Both the position numbers and the translations under genes were made by a program. From positions 2,830-66,829 of the forward strand of contig JAYPDM010000001.1 of NCBI GenBank assembly GCA_038125265.1: a stretch of 64,000 nucleotides of DNA. The letters run 5' to 3'. Below are positions 26,159 through 34,753 of the stretch, in pieces (position 1 is the first letter of the stretch; each line of letters opens with the position of its first letter). A model generated the notes under the pieces. The model made no database searches, was not told where the DNA came from, and saw nothing but the letters and a program-made list of their open reading frames with translations. Source of the stretch: Gammaproteobacteria bacterium. Its GTDB lineage: Bacteria; Pseudomonadota; Gammaproteobacteria; Steroidobacterales; Rariloculaceae.

Positions 26159-26170
26159 GTTATTAATAAC
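26159..26170. promoter_or_regulatory. Perfect 12-bp palindrome GTTATTAATAAC just upstream of cysB start
   Basis: Read directly from the sequence. It ends 5 nt 5' of the cysB ATG (complement of 26154). It could be an autoregulatory LysR-type site, a weak hairpin, or an AT-rich coincidence. Confidence 0.3.
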
Positions 26171-26223
26171 TAAATATTAGTAGGTGAAATTATATATAAC
26201 TTTTAACTATAAAGTAAAAAATA

Positions 26224-26315
26224 TGGCGGAGAGAGAGGGATTCGAACCCTCGAAGGACGTATATGCCCTTACTCCCTTAGCAGGGGAGCGCTTTCGACCA
26301 CTCAGCCATCTCTCC
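26224..26315 (-). tRNA. tRNA-Ser (anticodon GCU), type II with long variable arm, CCA encoded
   Basis: Folded by hand from the reverse complement GGAGAGATGGCTGAGTGGTCGAAAGCGCTCCCCTGCTAAGGGAGTAAGGGCATATACGTCCTTCGAGGGTTCGAATCCCTCTCTCTCCGCCA. Acceptor stem GGAGAGA/TCTCTCC. Anticodon stem CTCCC/GGGAG with loop CT-GCT-AA. Variable arm AAGGGC/GTCCTT. T arm GAGGG-TTCGAAT-CCCTC. Confidence 0.93.
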
Positions 26316-26339
26316 AAGTGGATTTAAGTGAAGATTATA

Positions 26340-26495
26340 CTATGACTTTTCTTCGGAACTGACTCTTAAAACTTCATAGGTTTTAGGAGCTTGAATGCCA
26401 ATCTTAGCTTGCTTACCTTTAACAGAAATAAGAACGACTTCTATATCTTTTCCAATTGTTATTTTTTCACCTTGCTTTCTTGAAATAACAAGCAT
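26340..26495 (-). CDS. csrA: Carbon storage regulator CsrA (short, 51 aa)
   Basis: Below the ORF-track size cutoff and found by hand. MLVISRKQGEKITIGKDIEVVLISVKGKQAKIGIQAPKTYEVLRVSSEEKS compares with E. coli [46 protein letters not shown]. It holds the canonical alaS-csrA-tRNA-Ser position. Confidence 0.85.
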   Translation of the reverse strand: MLVISRKQGEKITIGKDIEVVLISVKGKQAKIGIQAPKTYEVLRVSSEEKS

Positions 26496-26496
26496 T

Positions 26497-29112
26497 TCAA
26501 CTTAACCTCTCAATTAGATTCGCTTCTAATATTTTCAGCGATTCTCTTAACTTACTAAATTCTCTAGAACCAGATTGTGCAAACGTTGGCTTACCTCCGC
26601 CTCTTCCATTTAAAAGTTCATTTGCTTTTGTAACTAAATCTCTTGCATCAACTTGTTTTGCTAAGGATTTATGAACGGAGCAAACAAGAGTCAATTGATC
26701 TTTATCCTTTGATACAGCAATAATTGCTGTATCAACATCCAAATCATGAATATAGTCACAAAGATCTCTTAAGCTATTTACAGAAAGATTCTCAACCTCA
26801 ACCAATGCATATGAGCCTTTAGATAATTTCTTTTTATTTTTATTTATTGTTTCTGCTAGTTTTTTTAAGCGAACCTGTTCTTCTTTTTTTATTAATTGAA
26901 TATGTTCCTTATCCGATTGAACAAGCTGATCAATTTTAGGTAATAGTACATTAATACCTGCGCCTAATTTATTTGAAATTTCTCTCAAAGTAATTTTTGA
27001 AAACTTGAGATGTTCAAGCGCTAACTGTCCCGTATATGCTTCAATCCTTCTAACGCCTGATGCAATGCTTGATTCATCATAGATTTCAAACAAACCAATT
27101 TCGCTCGTATTTGCTACATGCGTACCGCCACATAATTCTTTTGACTCAGTGCCAATCTCAAGTACACGTACTTGATCTTCATATTTCTCATCAAAAAAAG
27201 CCAGAGCGCCTGAACTTATAGCATTTTTATAAGGCATTTCACTTATCTTTGTAGAAACTGCATTAGCAATTTCATCATTTACATACTGGTTGATGCTCTC
27301 AATTTGGTCTTGTGTTACTGGTTTATTATGCGAAAAATCAAATCTAAGCCTGCCCGCCTCGACTAAAGATCCCCTTTGCTGGACATGATCGCCTAGTATT
27401 TTCCTGAGACCGGCATGAAGCAGATGAGTGGCAGAATGACTACCGGCGATTGCTGCTCTACGCCGCTTATCAATTATCATTGTGGCGCCATCAGAAACCT
27501 TGATTTGCCCATTTTTTACTTTGCCAATATGAAAAATCGCCTCATTCTTTTTCTGTGTGTCTAAAACTTCAAAAGTACCATTCTCACATTCTATAATGCC
27601 CGTATCTCCAACTTGTCCCCCGCTTTCTGCATAAAATGGAGTTTCACTTAGCACAATGACAGCCTCGTCATCTTCTTTGATTGATTGCACTATCTTGCTA
27701 TCCAAGAAAATCTCTTTAATCTCGGAGTTGTGTTGTTTCTTTTCGTATCCAAAAAAAATTGAGCTTTGCTCAGAAGATAAATTATCTTTCTCTGCCATAT
27801 TAAATTTCATAGACTCTCTGGCTCGTTTTTTTTGTTCAGCCATTGATTTCTTGAAACCTTCTTCATCAATATTTAAATTAAAGCTTCTGGCTAAATCTTT
27901 AGTCAAGTCCTCAGGAAAACCATAGGTATCATAGAGTTGAAAGACTGTTTCCCCATCTAGAGTTTTGCCGTTTTGCTCTTTTAGCAAATCTACTTGGGCA
28001 TTAAATATTTTCATCCCATGGCTTAGTGTCTGCCCAAATCTCTCCTCCTCTTCCTTAATTGCCAATTTTATGTAATCGCTTTTTTCATTCAAAACCTTAT
28101 AGGCTTCTCCCATATTATTTATGAGTACATCCACTAATTTAAAGAGAAAGGGATCCTTCATCCCTAATAAATAACCATGACGAGCGGCTCTTCTTAAGAT
28201 TCTTCTCAATACGTAACCCCTACCATCGCTTCCAGGCAATACTCCATCAGCAATTAAAAATGATATTGCTCTTAAGTGATCTGCAATAACATTGAGTGAA
28301 CTTGAAAATTCCTTCTGGCGAGTAATTTTTTTTGCCTCCTCGATAAGTGGTACAAAAAGATCAGTATCGTAATTAGAAGTAACTCCACTCATAATCGCAG
28401 ATATTCGTTCGAGACCCATTCCTGTATCCACGGAGGGAGCAGGTAAATTACTTAGCTGACCCTGTGTATCTCGTTCAAATTGCATGAATACGATATTCCA
28501 AATCTCCACAAACCGGTCGCCATCTGCATCTTTTGATCCAGGAGGTCCTCCCTTGATTTTGTCACCATAATCATAAAATATTTCTGAGCATGGTCCGCAT
28601 GGACCTGTATCACCCATGGCCCAAAAATTATCTTTATCATCAAGTGCTACTAGTCGTTTAGGGTCAATACCAATTCCATTGAGCCAAATAGATTTTGATT
28701 CATTATCGGTTTGATGAGTGGTAACCCATAGACGCTCTGAAGGGAGTTGGAGCTCTTTGGTCACATACTCCCAAGCGTACCCAATAGCCTCTTCTTTAAA
28801 ATAATCTCCAAAACTAAAGTTCCCCAACATTTCAAAAAAAGTATGATGCCTTGATGTGTAGCCCACATTTTCTAGATCGTTGTGCTTACCTCCGGCTCTT
28901 AAGCACTTTTGTGATGAAGTGGCCCTACTGTAAGTTCTCTTTTCATTGCCTAGAAAAGCATCCTTGAACTGAACCATGCCAGCATTCGTAAAAAGTAAGG
29001 TAGGGTCATTACCCGGTACCAAGGAACTACTCGATACCTCGGTGTGATTATGTTTTACAAAATAATCTAAAAAAGATTTTCTAATATTTGTAGAGTTATT
29101 TTTAGCCATCAA
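26497..29112 (-). CDS. alaS: Alanine--tRNA ligase
   Basis: 871 aa. FLDYF..HNH, FTNAGMVQFKD, editing-domain HSATHLLH and CGGTHV motifs. Confidence 0.97.
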   Translation of the reverse strand: MMAKNNSTNIRKSFLDYFVKHNHTEVSSSSLVPGNDPTLLFTNAGMVQFKDAFLGNEKRTYSRATSSQKCLRAGGKHNDLENVGYTSRHHTFFEMLGNFSFGDYFKEEAIGYAWEYVTKELQLPSERLWVTTHQTDNESKSIWLNGIGIDPKRLVALDDKDNFWAMGDTGPCGPCSEIFYDYGDKIKGGPPGSKDADGDRFVEIWNIVFMQFERDTQGQLSNLPAPSVDTGMGLERISAIMSGVTSNYDTDLFVPLIEEAKKITRQKEFSSSLNVIADHLRAISFLIADGVLPGSDGRGYVLRRILRRAARHGYLLGMKDPFLFKLVDVLINNMGEAYKVLNEKSDYIKLAIKEEEERFGQTLSHGMKIFNAQVDLLKEQNGKTLDGETVFQLYDTYGFPEDLTKDLARSFNLNIDEEGFKKSMAEQKKRARESMKFNMAEKDNLSSEQSSIFFGYEKKQHNSEIKEIFLDSKIVQSIKEDDEAVIVLSETPFYAESGGQVGDTGIIECENGTFEVLDTQKKNEAIFHIGKVKNGQIKVSDGATMIIDKRRRAAIAGSHSATHLLHAGLRKILGDHVQQRGSLVEAGRLRFDFSHNKPVTQDQIESINQYVNDEIANAVSTKISEMPYKNAISSGALAFFDEKYEDQVRVLEIGTESKELCGGTHVANTSEIGLFEIYDESSIASGVRRIEAYTGQLALEHLKFSKITLREISNKLGAGINVLLPKIDQLVQSDKEHIQLIKKEEQVRLKKLAETINKNKKKLSKGSYALVEVENLSVNSLRDLCDYIHDLDVDTAIIAVSKDKDQLTLVCSVHKSLAKQVDARDLVTKANELLNGRGGGKPTFAQSGSREFSKLRESLKILEANLIERLS

Positions 29113-29558
29113 AACAATTTAATAATTTCTTTTGCATCCTGGTGGTCAAACCCGCGTTGCTGTAAAAATTTATAAGCTTTCAGAAATTGCTCTTTATCTT
29201 CAAGTTTTGTATTTTTAAGTTTTTTATTAAGTACCATAAGACCAATTTGTTCCCATGAAGATTTTTTCTTATTAATCTCGTCATCAATAATTTCGGTCTC
29301 AATCCCTTTTATCTTTAATTCATAAGCAATTCTTAATGGCCCGTAACCTCTTGCAGATCTGACATTAACAATCATCTCAGCGTATCGTTCATCAGACTGT
29401 AGATCCTCTTCCTTAAGCTTTAAAACTGTCTCATGGCTCAGCAGCTCAGAAAAACCTTTTTCTTTTAACTTTGTGACGAGCTCCAAAAATCCATGCTCTC
29501 GTCTTGCAAGATAATCCATAGCTTTTTTTCTACAATTAACCTCTGCCGATGACATCAA
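29109..29558 (-). CDS. recX: RecA regulator RecX
   Basis: 149 aa helical-repeat protein directly downstream of recA (ATGA overlaps on both sides). RecX-like motifs [11 protein letters not shown] and [12 protein letters not shown]. Confidence 0.85.
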   Translation of the reverse strand: MMSSAEVNCRKKAMDYLARREHGFLELVTKLKEKGFSELLSHETVLKLKEEDLQSDERYAEMIVNVRSARGYGPLRIAYELKIKGIETEIIDDEINKKKSSWEQIGLMVLNKKLKNTKLEDKEQFLKAYKFLQQRGFDHQDAKEIIKLF

Positions 29559-30568
29559 CCGGATTCTTTTTCATCAACTTTGTCAAAAACTAGAGAACGT
29601 ATGGCAGTTTCAAGAGCATTTGCTATTTCGCTGTTATCTTTTAGGAAATCTCTGACATTTTCTTTACCTTGGCCGATCCTATCACCGTTATAGCTGTACC
29701 AAGATCCAGATTTTTCAATCAGGTTATGTTGTACTCCTAAATCAATGAGTTCCCCTTCTCTTGAAATACCATGCCCATATAAAATCTCAAATTCAGCTTG
29801 CTTGAAAGGGGGTGCTACCTTATTTTTAACAACCTTGACTCTCGTCTCGTTACCTAAAATCTCATCACCTTTTTTTATGGCACCGATTCTTCGTATATCT
29901 AACCTTACGGAAGAATAAAATTTTAATGCATTTCCTCCAGTTGTGGTTTCGGGGCTTCCAAACATAACGCCAATCTTCATCCTTATCTGATTAATGAAGA
30001 TGACCATAGTATTTGATTTTTTGATATTTCCCGTGAGTTTTCTCAGCGCCTGTGACATTAATCGAGCCTGAAGACCCATATGAGAATCTCCCATTTCGCC
30101 ATCAATTTCTGCCTTAGGGGTAAGTGCGGCTACCGAGTCAACAACCACAAGGTCAACTGCACCAGATCGTACAAGCATATCCGTAATTTCCAGTGCCTGT
30201 TCGCCCGTATCAGGTTGAGAAACTAGCAGATCTGATAAATTGACTCCGATTTTCTCAGCATAAGCAGGATCAAGTGCATGCTCAGCATCAACAAATGCAG
30301 CTGTTCCTCCCGATTTTTGTATTTCAGACACCACTTGTAGCGTTAAAGTGGTTTTACCAGAAGATTCCGGGCCATAGATTTCGATCACTCGGCCTTTTGG
30401 GAGGCCTCCAATTCCTAATGCAATGTCAAGTCCAAGAGATCCAGTGGAAACTGCCTCAATATCCTTCATCACTGAGGGATCGCCCAGCTTCATGACTGAA
30501 CCTTTTCCATACTGTCTTTCTATCTGCGATAGCGCCGCATCTAGGGCTTTTTTCTTGTTATCATCCAT
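29555..30568 (-). CDS. recA: Recombinase RecA
   Basis: 337 aa. Walker [11 protein letters not shown]. Also [10 protein letters not shown] and [26 protein letters not shown]. Confidence 0.98.
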   Translation of the reverse strand: MDDNKKKALDAALSQIERQYGKGSVMKLGDPSVMKDIEAVSTGSLGLDIALGIGGLPKGRVIEIYGPESSGKTTLTLQVVSEIQKSGGTAAFVDAEHALDPAYAEKIGVNLSDLLVSQPDTGEQALEITDMLVRSGAVDLVVVDSVAALTPKAEIDGEMGDSHMGLQARLMSQALRKLTGNIKKSNTMVIFINQIRMKIGVMFGSPETTTGGNALKFYSSVRLDIRRIGAIKKGDEILGNETRVKVVKNKVAPPFKQAEFEILYGHGISREGELIDLGVQHNLIEKSGSWYSYNGDRIGQGKENVRDFLKDNSEIANALETAIRSLVFDKVDEKESG

Positions 30569-30644
30569 AGCTTTTCCTAGTTCTTAACTTATCAATAAAT
30601 TATTTCATAGATGCCAAATGATAGACAGCATCTAATGCAAAAGT

Positions 30645-31115
30645 TCAATGGATTATTTGATTGTGAAGCTGGATTACGCTCTCATCTACGGCTTTTTGGC
30701 GTATTTCTGTGCGAGTTCCCAAAAATCTATATTCCTTAGTGATTATTTCACCTTTAAAATAAGTAGATATATATACAAGGCCGACCGGCTTTTCTTGAGA
30801 CCCGCCCTCAGGGCCAGCAATGCCGGTGATAGCAATACCAGCTTCTACCTGCATTAAATGAACAACACCCAAGACCAGAGCTTTGGATACTTCATGACTA
30901 ACTGCACCGAATTGATCCAATATCCCATCTTCTACTTTTAGGACTCTTTGCTTAATCTCATTTGAATAACAGACTATCCCACCCTTGAACCAGCCAGAGG
31001 CACCAGATTTTGAGATAAGCGTGCTGGCTAATAAACCCCCAGTACAAGATTCTGCTACGGCAATAAATTGTTTACCTGCAATCAAATGATTAGCTATTTT
31101 TTCTATGTCATTCAT
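30645..31115 (-). CDS. pncC: CinA C-terminal-domain protein / nicotinamide-nucleotide amidase (PncC-like)
   Basis: 156 aa. AESCTGGLLAS and ITGIAGP..GS..KPVGLVY motifs. Conserved position upstream of recA. Confidence 0.8.
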   Translation of the reverse strand: MNDIEKIANHLIAGKQFIAVAESCTGGLLASTLISKSGASGWFKGGIVCYSNEIKQRVLKVEDGILDQFGAVSHEVSKALVLGVVHLMQVEAGIAITGIAGPEGGSQEKPVGLVYISTYFKGEIITKEYRFLGTRTEIRQKAVDESVIQLHNQIIH

Positions 31116-32164
31116 GCAATTAATTTATACAGATCTAAATAGGCATTTAAGTAATTTTTAGAGTTGTAGTTTTTGATAATATGGCGGTAAGCCGATTCAA
31201 CCTTTGTCTCTCTATCTTCTTTATTATTTAAGTAAAGATGAATCTTTTCAATATCATTTTCTTTAATTTGACTCGATACAAGCAAGCCATTCGCTCCATT
31301 CATTAAGAGTTCTGATGCGCCACCCATTGCTGCTGATATTACAGGTAGACGACTTGCCATAGCCTCAATAATTGAGAGCCCAAGGCCTTCCTCATAAGCT
31401 AAATGAAGACAAAAATCATAATTTAGCAATTTCTGAGCTAAGTCCTTTTCATAGTTTTTTAAGAAGACGTGCTTATCGAGCCTCATCTTTTTTATTTCTT
31501 TTAAAAGTTTGTCTCGATTTTCCCCATCACCATAGCAATGTAACTCCACATATAACCCTCTGTCTAAAAGCCCCCTAATGAGCCTAAAGGCAGCGGAATG
31601 ATTTTTTCTGGCGATCAATTGTGCTGACATGATGCCTTTGATGATCTTGCTTTTTTGAATTGATTGGCCTGATGATGATAATTTTTCTACGTCTATCATG
31701 CTAGGAATGTAATAAAGTTTTTCAGCTTCAATCCCCACATTATTTTTTAGGTCTTCGATAATTACTTGGGAAATGCATGCAATTGCATTTAATTTTTTAA
31801 ATTGATGATTTAGGTAAAACTTCGGCTCACTCCGATGCACTCTTCGGGTGATCATTCTAGAAATACTTTGATTCAAGCGATTAAGGATACGGGTAACCCC
31901 TCTTCTGGAGTGACCATGAACAATATCTGGATCAAGATCATTAATATATTGGATTATTTTGCTTTGAGCGAGAAAATCCAATTCTCCTCGATATTTAAAC
32001 TTAATAATGGGGAGGTGAGGAAAATTTTTGGCGATGTAGCTATCTTCAGGAACAATCATCGCTGCATCGATACCGGCTTTATATTGAGATTCTAAGAGGG
32101 CAATCGATTGAATTGCACCTCCGTAATACGATCTTCCTAACTCAAGATGAATTACTTTCATCAA
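31112..32164 (-). CDS. Glycosyltransferase, GT4/group-1 family
   Basis: 350 aa. C-terminal GT-B donor-binding region EGLGLSIIEAMASRLPVISAAMGGASELL. Confidence 0.8.
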   Translation of the reverse strand: MMKVIHLELGRSYYGGAIQSIALLESQYKAGIDAAMIVPEDSYIAKNFPHLPIIKFKYRGELDFLAQSKIIQYINDLDPDIVHGHSRRGVTRILNRLNQSISRMITRRVHRSEPKFYLNHQFKKLNAIACISQVIIEDLKNNVGIEAEKLYYIPSMIDVEKLSSSGQSIQKSKIIKGIMSAQLIARKNHSAAFRLIRGLLDRGLYVELHCYGDGENRDKLLKEIKKMRLDKHVFLKNYEKDLAQKLLNYDFCLHLAYEEGLGLSIIEAMASRLPVISAAMGGASELLMNGANGLLVSSQIKENDIEKIHLYLNNKEDRETKVESAYRHIIKNYNSKNYLNAYLDLYKLIA

Positions 32165-32600
32165 TATAGATTTTACTATTAATGATAGCCCATTGATTTG
32201 TCTTTGAAGAGATCAGTTGGACTGCCCTTTCATGATCAAACCAGGACCATTCACAATGCTCCTTTGGATTAATAGATATGCTTTCTTGATTAGTAACATA
32301 ATAAAAAACATGTTCTTTGTTTATTTTTGTATCTTGATGGAATCTATTTCTCCATCTTGGGTCAATCGGATACTCATTGATGATATCAGTTTTAATCCAC
32401 TGCCCCTCATTGATTGAGGTCTCTTCCATTAATTCTCTTGCAGCAGCGCTATCTGGAGTTTCATCCCACTTCAAACTTCCAGTCACAGATTGCCAATAAT
32501 TGATTGGATCATTCCTCTTAAGCAGAAGCACTTGGCCCTTATAGTTTAGGATGATGATGAGAACGGATTCAGGCCTTTTATAGGATCTCTCGTTACTCAC
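32142..32600 (-). CDS. nudB: Dihydroneopterin triphosphate diphosphatase (NUDIX)
   Basis: 152 aa. YKRPESVLIII ... YWQSVTGSLKWDETPDSAAARELMEETSI parallels E. coli NudB (YKRPVSILVV ... FWQSVTGSVEEGETAPQAAMREVKEEV). It lies downstream of aspS as in E. coli. Confidence 0.85.
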   Translation of the reverse strand: MSNERSYKRPESVLIIILNYKGQVLLLKRNDPINYWQSVTGSLKWDETPDSAAARELMEETSINEGQWIKTDIINEYPIDPRWRNRFHQDTKINKEHVFYYVTNQESISINPKEHCEWSWFDHERAVQLISSKTNQWAIINSKIYIDESNSS

Positions 32601-34368
32601 TAGGTATCGTTTTTAATTTCAAATGTAGCTCATTGAGCTGTTCTTGACTGGCATTGCTAGGCGCGCCAGTTAAAATATCTGAGGCCGTTTGGGTCTTAGG
32701 AAACGCAATGGTTTCTCGAATCGATTCCAGTCCAAGCATAATCATCACCAATCGATCAAGACCAAATGCTATGCCACCATGCGGTGGACATCCATAATCC
32801 ATAGCCTGCAATAAGAAGCCAAACTTTTCATCTGCCTCTTTTGAATCAATCCCAAGAGCTTCAAGGACTGCTTTTTGAGTTTCTTTCTCGAATATTCGAA
32901 GCGAGCCCCCACCAATCTCTGTACCATTAAGAACCATATCATAAGCATGAGATAAAACTTTGGTTGGATCCTTCTTGAGATCTTCAATACTCTCAATATT
33001 AGGTCTTGTAAATGGGTGATGTGAGGACGTGAGATTTCCATCCGCATCTTTTTCAAACATTGGGAAATCAACCACCCATAAAGGCGCCCAATCTCTCTCA
33101 TAAAGATTAAGGTCCCTTGCAATCTTAAGCCTCAATTGGCTCATGCTATCATTCACTACCTTTTTAGTGCCAGCACCAAAAAAGATTAAATCTCCGGTCT
33201 CAGCAGACGCGCGATCAAGGATTGCCGATATCTCACTATCATCGAGAAATTTAAGAATTGGTGACTGCAAACCCTCCTTAAGATCATTGATATCATTTAC
33301 TTTAATGTAAGCAAGCCCTCTGGCACCAAACTTAGCGACAAATGCAGTATAGTCATCAATTTCTTTTCTGCTAAGTTTTGATCCTTGCTTAAGGTTCATA
33401 AGCACAATTCTGCTATCACTATTCTTTGCTGGATCTGCAAAAACCTTGAATGCACTCTCTAGAAAGAGATCCTTGATATCAATCAGCCGCATATCAAATC
33501 TTGTATTTGGTGCATCCGTGCCGTATTGATCAATAGCATCCTGATAACTAATTACAGGAAAAGGGTCTGGCAATTTAATGTTGATTACAGACTGAAACAG
33601 TTCTTTAATAAGGCGCTCCATCAAAGTTGTAATAGCCTCCTGATCCATGAAGGCAGTTTCAATATCAACCTGGGTAAACTCAGGCTGTCGATCTGCCCTT
33701 AGATCCTCATCTCTAAAACATTTCACAATCTGATAGTAGCGATCAAAGCCTGAGATCATTAAAAGCTGCTTCATAAGCTGCGGGGATTGAGGTAAAGCAA
33801 AAAAATTACCTGGCTGGGTTCTGCTTGGGACTAGATAATCTCGAGCACCTTCCGGTGTGGTTTTTGAAAGAATTGGTGTTTCAATATCGGTAAAACCCTG
33901 ATTATCAAGAAAATCTCTAATAAATTTGACGATCTCATGTCTCTTTCTAAGATTCTTTTGCATTTTTTCTCGTCTTAAATCCAGATACCTGTATTTCAAG
34001 CGTGTATCCTCACTTGAATATGCCTGATCATCTTGATCAACAGGAGGAGGGAGTGATCGACTTAATACCGTTAAATCTGAAGCAACAAGCTCAATAGTAC
34101 CCGTTGGAAGGTCTTTGTTAATCGTCCCTTCTGGCCTTCTTCTAATGGATCCATATACTTTAAGAACAAATTCATTTCTGCAGCTTTCAGCAATTTTAAA
34201 GAGTTTTTCCGTCTCTGGATTTGCAACAATTTGAATTAATCCTGTGTGATCTCTCAGATCAATGAAGATGACACCCCCATGATCTCTTCTGCGATGCACC
34301 CAGCCACAAACAGTTACCTCGCTATCAAGGGAGGTTTCAGTGACTTGTCCGCAATAATGAGTTCTCAT
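32593..34368 (-). CDS. aspS: Aspartate--tRNA ligase
   Basis: 591 aa. MRTHYCGQV, GWVHRRRDHGGVIFIDLRD, class II motifs FRDEDLRADRQPEFTQ and GGIAFGLDR. Confidence 0.97.
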   Translation of the reverse strand: MRTHYCGQVTETSLDSEVTVCGWVHRRRDHGGVIFIDLRDHTGLIQIVANPETEKLFKIAESCRNEFVLKVYGSIRRRPEGTINKDLPTGTIELVASDLTVLSRSLPPPVDQDDQAYSSEDTRLKYRYLDLRREKMQKNLRKRHEIVKFIRDFLDNQGFTDIETPILSKTTPEGARDYLVPSRTQPGNFFALPQSPQLMKQLLMISGFDRYYQIVKCFRDEDLRADRQPEFTQVDIETAFMDQEAITTLMERLIKELFQSVINIKLPDPFPVISYQDAIDQYGTDAPNTRFDMRLIDIKDLFLESAFKVFADPAKNSDSRIVLMNLKQGSKLSRKEIDDYTAFVAKFGARGLAYIKVNDINDLKEGLQSPILKFLDDSEISAILDRASAETGDLIFFGAGTKKVVNDSMSQLRLKIARDLNLYERDWAPLWVVDFPMFEKDADGNLTSSHHPFTRPNIESIEDLKKDPTKVLSHAYDMVLNGTEIGGGSLRIFEKETQKAVLEALGIDSKEADEKFGFLLQAMDYGCPPHGGIAFGLDRLVMIMLGLESIRETIAFPKTQTASDILTGAPSNASQEQLNELHLKLKTIPSE

Positions 34369-34430
34369 GATGTCATGTTCAGTTATTAGGGCTCTATTGT
34401 ATCAATGAAATGAATTTTTAAGGCAAAAGC

Positions 34431-34745
34431 TTAATTAATTTTTTTTGTATCCGAGGTGCCTTCTTTTTTTTCAGCCTTGGGAAGAGAGCTGGCTGACTTT
34501 TCATTTGTATCCGTCTTAGTCTCTTTGGGTTTTATATCCGTTAAATTTTTCTTCTTTTCCTTATCAGACTTAAAATCGGTCTCATACCATCCTGAACCCT
34601 TAAGTCTAAATCTTGGAGCTGAAACCATCTTTTTTAAATTATCTGTTTGACACGCATCACAGTAACGCAAGGGGTCTTCACTTAACTTTTGTAACACTTC
34701 CACATGGTGCCCACATTGCGAGCATCGATATTCATAAATAGGCAT
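34431..34745 (-). CDS. FmdB-family zinc-ribbon protein with Lys/Glu-rich tail
   Basis: 104 aa. MPIYEYRCSQCGHHVEVLQK...YCDACQ is the CxxC...CxxC FmdB signature. Confidence 0.8.
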   Translation of the reverse strand: MPIYEYRCSQCGHHVEVLQKLSEDPLRYCDACQTDNLKKMVSAPRFRLKGSGWYETDFKSDKEKKKNLTDIKPKETKTDTNEKSASSLPKAEKKEGTSDTKKIN

Positions 34746-34753
34746 GGATACTC

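Noticed and set aside
30569-30644. SOS (LexA) box upstream of recA
   Set aside because: I looked for CTGT-N8-ACAG on both strands. The only near match is CTGTCTATCATTTGGC, which lacks the ACAG half. No gammaproteobacterial LexA box can be supported from the sequence.
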